Source of the DNA: a virus
Taxonomy: Duplodnaviria; Caudoviricetes
Virus record (IMG/VR): IMGVR_UViG_3300049136_000118
Coordinates: 1 to 40,103 of that record
Strand: one strand, 5' to 3'
Length of the DNA: 40,103 nt
Positions 36,388 through 40,103 of this stretch are shown in pieces. The position numbers and the translations under genes are program-made. Every line of letters begins with the position of its first letter. The first letter of the stretch is position 1. Below the pieces are notes generated by a model that worked only from the letters and a program-made list of their open reading frames with translations, did no database searches and was not told where the DNA came from.

Positions 36388-36917
36388 AGCCGCCGGCGTT
36401 ACCGCACATCACCTTCCCCACCGTGTCGGCCGCGGCGCTCGAGCGCGAATGCGAGCGCGAGCTGGCGCAGCGCCGGCGGTTCTACGAAGGCCGCGTCGCC
36501 AAGGGGAACATGACCCCCGAAGAGGCCAAGCACGGCCTCGCGATCGCGGCTGCCTGGCGCGAGGACGTTGCGCGGATCCGCGCCGCCTGGATCGCCACAC
36601 CCGGCACGTCGCCGGCGCCGCCCGCGCACGAGATCAGCTGGCGGGAGCGCCGCGCCGGACTGCTGCGCGAGCTCGACATGCGCGCCCGCTTTTACCCCGG
36701 CTGGATCGCCAGCGGCCGCCTGCTGCAGGCCGACGCCGATCGCCAGGTGAAAGCACTCGAGTGCCTGCTGGCGATCTATGAGGACGGATGGGACTGGCGC
36801 GGCAGCGACGGGCTCACCCCGTTTCGCAGCGCCGCGGCCGACGCCGAATTCAACGCCCTGCAGGCCGACCGCGCCGCACGCCGGGGCACTGCGCAAGAGG
36901 AGCTTGTTCTGCAATGA
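36384..36917 (+). CDS. Hypothetical protein with internal duplicated domain
   Basis: ERELAQRRRFY...V.KG.MT and LRELDMRARFYP..I.SG.L repeats. Confidence 0.7.
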   Translation: MKPPALPHITFPTVSAAALERECERELAQRRRFYEGRVAKGNMTPEEAKHGLAIAAAWREDVARIRAAWIATPGTSPAPPAHEISWRERRAGLLRELDMRARFYPGWIASGRLLQADADRQVKALECLLAIYEDGWDWRGSDGLTPFRSAAADAEFNALQADRAARRGTAQEELVLQ

Positions 36918-37459
36918 CGTTCGGACCTGTCCAACAGCAATGGGTGCTGGATATCCCCCTGATGCAGCAATCGGTCCTGTTCGCCGCCGTGCGCGCGCCG
37001 GATGGACTGCGCAAGGATCACCCAGTCAAGGTGCTGATGCGCTGGTACCGCCGCTGCATCCTGCTCTCGGCGTTCGACAAGCGGGTGCTCTCAAGTCCGT
37101 TCGAGGACGGCGGCGGAAGCTTCACCGGCCCGTTCAAGGCGGGCCACGCCCGCGTGATCTTCGGGATCAATGACAACCTCGATGGCTGGCCGCTCAACTA
37201 TTGGTTCGACCTGACGCGCGAGATCTACCTCCGCCACGTCGACGAAATGCCGCACCATTTTCAGCTTCACTTCATGCACGCGGCGCAGATCGTTGGCGTC
37301 CACCATTCCGACGCCGAGATCCGTGATTGGTGGCGCACCTTCTACCTGATGATCGTCAACGACGCGCACCTTCACCCCGAGACCGACAGCGAAATGAACC
37401 TGCGGCTTTCGGACAACGATGCCGAGTGGCGCGCACGCGAAGGAGTGACAGCGCAATGA
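36914..37459 (+). CDS. His-rich hypothetical phage protein
   Basis: ATG 36914 (ATGA); QQSVL..AVR.PDG, PHHFQLHFMHAAQIVG, HLHPET. Confidence 0.7.
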   Translation: MTFGPVQQQWVLDIPLMQQSVLFAAVRAPDGLRKDHPVKVLMRWYRRCILLSAFDKRVLSSPFEDGGGSFTGPFKAGHARVIFGINDNLDGWPLNYWFDLTREIYLRHVDEMPHHFQLHFMHAAQIVGVHHSDAEIRDWWRTFYLMIVNDAHLHPETDSEMNLRLSDNDAEWRAREGVTAQ

Positions 37460-37731
37460 ACCGCTCCGACAGCAAAGCCACGCTCGCAGTCGGCAAGTCG
37501 CTCGCACCGCTCGAGCCGCCCACCGTCATTGTCGGCATTCCCGACACACTCTGGCGCGAGCGCAAGAACGGCGAGACGATAACCTTCGACTTGCGCTACG
37601 CCGGCCTGTTCGCGCAGCTGGTCATCTTCCGAGGCAAGGATGGGGCCGACGTGGCGCAGCTGCTCGGGGAGGCGCAGTCGATGATCGACGGAGCGCCCGA
37701 CGTTGGGATCGCCGATCCTACGCAGCAATAG
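37456..37731 (+). CDS. Hypothetical protein
   Basis: ATGA overlap with AAGGAG RBS. Confidence 0.65.
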   Translation: MNRSDSKATLAVGKSLAPLEPPTVIVGIPDTLWRERKNGETITFDLRYAGLFAQLVIFRGKDGADVAQLLGEAQSMIDGAPDVGIADPTQQ

Positions 37732-37978
37732 GATCCGCGCCGGGCGGATCCCGGCATCACACTGAAAGGCCATGCGATGAAGAAGGTCATCAAGGATTGG
37801 GAGGCCCGCCGATCGGGCGCCGCGATCAGCATCAGCGGGACCGACGCTGGCAGCGGCGAGAAGGTGACGATCACCGGGATCGAACGCATCGTTCCTGACG
37901 GCGGTACGCTGGCGGCCATCCACGCCGACGAGACGCACCAGCTGCTCGTCTAGGATCCGCGCCGGGCGGATCCCGGCA
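37729..37978 (+). repeat. 28-bp palindromic direct repeat TAGGATCCGCGCCGGGCGGATCCCGGCA
   Basis: Identical at 37729-37756 and 37951-37978; each begins with the TAG stop of the preceding gene. Confidence 0.9.
37777..37953 (+). CDS. 58-aa hypothetical protein (not in ORF track)
   Basis: GAAAGG RBS; MKKVIKDWEARRSGAAISISGTD... Confidence 0.7.
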   Translation: MKKVIKDWEARRSGAAISISGTDAGSGEKVTITGIERIVPDGGTLAAIHADETHQLLV

Positions 37979-38001
37979 CCACTAATCGGAGGTAGAACCC
38001 G

Positions 38002-38145
38002 ATGACGGAACTGAAAAAGAAGATCGAGACTTTGATCGAGAAGGCCGCAAGTGCCCGAACGGCAGATGAGGCGATGAAGTATTCGCAAGCAGCGTTGAAC
38101 GGCGCAAATGCGCTTTGCTCGATGGCCACTGCCGATCAACTGTAA
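38002..38145 (+). CDS. 47-aa helical protein (not in ORF track)
   Basis: GGAGG RBS; MTELKKKIETLIEKAASARTADEAMKYSQAALNGANALCSM. Confidence 0.7.
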   Translation: MTELKKKIETLIEKAASARTADEAMKYSQAALNGANALCSMATADQL

Positions 38146-38156
38146 GGGCCTAATGC

Positions 38157-38202
38157 TGACAGGGGCCGCTCGCTTGACCGCGCCCCTGTCAATCCCTAGC
38201 CT
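38157..38202 (+). promoter_or_regulatory. sigma70 promoter for HTH-int operon embedded in an inverted repeat
   Basis: TTGACC-N17-TAGCCT (38174-38202); IR TGACAGGGGC/GCCCCTGTCA at 38157-66/38182-91. Confidence 0.6.
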
Positions 38203-38251
38203 CTCATCGGCGACGGAATTGTCCGCGCCAGGGTCACCGAAGGACCGCAGC

Positions 38252-38557
38252 ATGCCACAAGATCCCCAAACACAGCTCGAGCTCTTCCGCCAGGCGGCCG
38301 ACGCGCTCGGCGGCCAGCGTGCCACCGCCCGTTATCTCGGCATCACCGATCGCGCGGTGCGCTACCTGCTCTCGGGCGAGCGCGAACTGCACGATGGCTT
38401 CCTGCGCGACACGGCGAAGGCGCTGATCGAGCATGCCGAGCTCTGCCGCCAGCTCGAGCGCAAGCTGTCCCCCGCCTTCGCGGCCAACCTCACCGAGCGG
38501 CAGGCCGAGCGCCTGGGTAAGCCCGACGCGCGCCGCGCCGATCACCGGGAGAATTGA
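38252..38557 (+). CDS. HTH DNA-binding protein
   Basis: ATG 38252 with AAGGA RBS; LGGQRATARYLGITDRAVRYLLSGER. Confidence 0.75.
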   Translation: MPQDPQTQLELFRQAADALGGQRATARYLGITDRAVRYLLSGERELHDGFLRDTAKALIEHAELCRQLERKLSPAFAANLTERQAERLGKPDARRADHREN

Positions 38558-38560
38558 GCG

Positions 38561-39861
38561 ATGGCGAAGATCCGCATCCCCTGCCTGGTCCCGAAGACCA
38601 ACATGGCCGGCGTCACGTCCTACTACTGGCAGCCGAGCAGACGTTGCGCGATGCCGGATGGAAACCGGTCAGCCTGGGCAGGGACGAGGGCGACGCGATT
38701 GATGCCGCGCGCAAGCGGAACGCCGAAGTCGAGCGCTGGAAGGAAGGCGGCCACGTCGCCGCCGCCAGCGTCGCCAAGCGCCAGCAGCAGGGCACGCTCG
38801 GTGCGCTGATCGCCCGCTACCGCAAGGAAGTGCTGGACGGCACCGACGATCGCGGCCGGCGCGTGATCGCGAAGAGCACCGCCAAGACCTACGGCACTGG
38901 CCTGCTGCGCCTTGAGAAATGGGCCGGCAAGCACCCGCTGTCCTTCGTCACCCCGGCGCGCGTCGTCGCGCTGCGCAAGGCGATGATGGCGCCGGCCGAG
39001 AAAGGCGGGATCGGCCACCACGCCGCGCACCAGACGCTCAAGATGGGACGGACCCTGTTCAAATTCGCGATCGAATGCGACCTGATTGAGAAGGGCAAGA
39101 ACCCGTTTACGGAGTTCGGCCTGGCAGCGCCGGATCCGCGCGACGTCATCTGGTCGCCGCCGGCGCGCGAGCTGTTGGTGCAGACCGCATACGATCAGGG
39201 GCGGCCGTCGGTTGCGTTGGCGATCCTGCTCGGCTTCGCAGTCGGCCAGCGGGAACAGGATTTGCTCGCGCTCACACAGCGCCAGTACGTCGCAATCCCC
39301 GAGCACAAGATGCAGCCGGAGGATTACCGCGTCCTGGCCGCAATGGCTCCCGACGGTATTCCGATGGGCATCCGCGTGCGGCAGCAAAAGACCAAGGCCT
39401 GGGTGGAAGTGCCGATCGTCGGCCTGGTCCGATGGGCGGTCGAAGCGAACATTGCCAACGCCCGCGCCGGCAGCTCGGCCGCGATCCTGCTCGACGACGC
39501 CCGCGGCGCCGCCAGCCAGGCGGCGCTCTATGCCGGCGAGGCAGGGCAGACGCGGTTCCAGCGGGACTTTGCCGAGATCCGCGAGTGGGCCGTTGCGGCC
39601 GCGCGGTTCGAGGACGACGATGAGCTGGCCGAAGAGATCGAGACGCTGCATTTCCGCGATCTTCGCCGGACCTGCGTGGTCTATCTCGGCGAGCTCGGAC
39701 TGGATGCGCACCTGATCGCGGCGATCACCGGCCACGATATCGACGAGACGCAAAGGATCCTGCGCGTCTACATGCCCCGCACTACCGGCCGCGCAGCTCG
39801 AGCGATCGCGCTCGCGAGCGCCCGGGAGGCCAAGGAAGCTGGAAGGGAGAAGAGCGCGTGA
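38561..39861 (+). pseudogene. int: Tyrosine integrase with a 1-nt frameshift near 38639
   Basis: ATG 38561 frame gives MAKIRIP...SYYWQPS; the -1 frame continues TLRDAGWKPVSLG; catalytic GQR, QQKT, FRDLRRT, ITGH, RVY; span is 1301 nt (3n-1). Confidence 0.8.
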
Positions 39862-40103
39862 AGGGCCCGAACTGGACAGAGTTTGAGGAAGGCGAGCGGG
39901 ATGCGCTGCTGCGCGTCCGCACGTTCATCGCCCTGCACGGCACAGGGGAAGTCGACGACTATTGCATGCAGCGCCTGCACGACATCCGCATGGATGCGAT
40001 GCACCGGGAAAAAGGAGCGCCGAGCGAGCAGGACCTGACGCGGATCGCAGTAACCGGTGTAGGGGAAAAGAGCGCGATTGACCCGGCCGATCTGGCGGGC
40101 TAA
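39858..40103 (+). CDS. Hypothetical protein
   Basis: GTGA overlap with int stop, GGGAG RBS. Confidence 0.55.
   Translation: MKGPNWTEFEEGERDALLRVRTFIALHGTGEVDDYCMQRLHDIRMDAMHREKGAPSEQDLTRIAVTGVGEKSAIDPADLAG

Larger units (their letters stand above)
1..40103. mobile_element. Temperate podovirus-type prophage, near complete (att sites not visible)
   Basis: Lysis, tail, head, terminase, replication, immunity, early and integrase modules in phage order; T7/BPP-1-like portal, tubular A/B and ejection genes; no tape measure gene. Confidence 0.95.

Noticed and set aside
37729-37978. Classical integron attC sites or mini-CRISPR
   Set aside because: No RYYYAAC/GTTRRRY cores; only two copies, enclosing a coding sequence
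39862-40103. attL/attR or tRNA target next to integrase
   Set aside because: Window ends at a stop codon; no tRNA fragment or terminal repeat visible

Overview
The window is a near-complete, GC-rich temperate podovirus-type prophage of about 40 kb. The host is an alphaproteobacterium (GapR/DUF2312 gene); Sphingomonadales is my inference. The minus strand carries, read right to left: cro, a TOPRIM primase, a P-loop helicase, a non-coding ori/packaging region, terminase, portal, scaffold, capsid, tail tubular proteins A and B, internal (ejection) proteins, a tail fibre with an alpha/beta-hydrolase, and lysis genes. The plus strand carries a cI-like repressor, an early operon of many small genes, an HTH gene and a tyrosine integrase broken by a 1-nt frameshift. 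Notable non-coding structure includes a two-fold symmetric origin-like array (12 GGAACC-type iterons, two IHF consensus sites), a 17-bp operator family, four abutting hairpins and direct repeats bracketing small early genes. All product calls come from motif recognition and synteny; no database search was run. Many starts were moved from the ORF track to overlapping ATGA/TGATG junctions.
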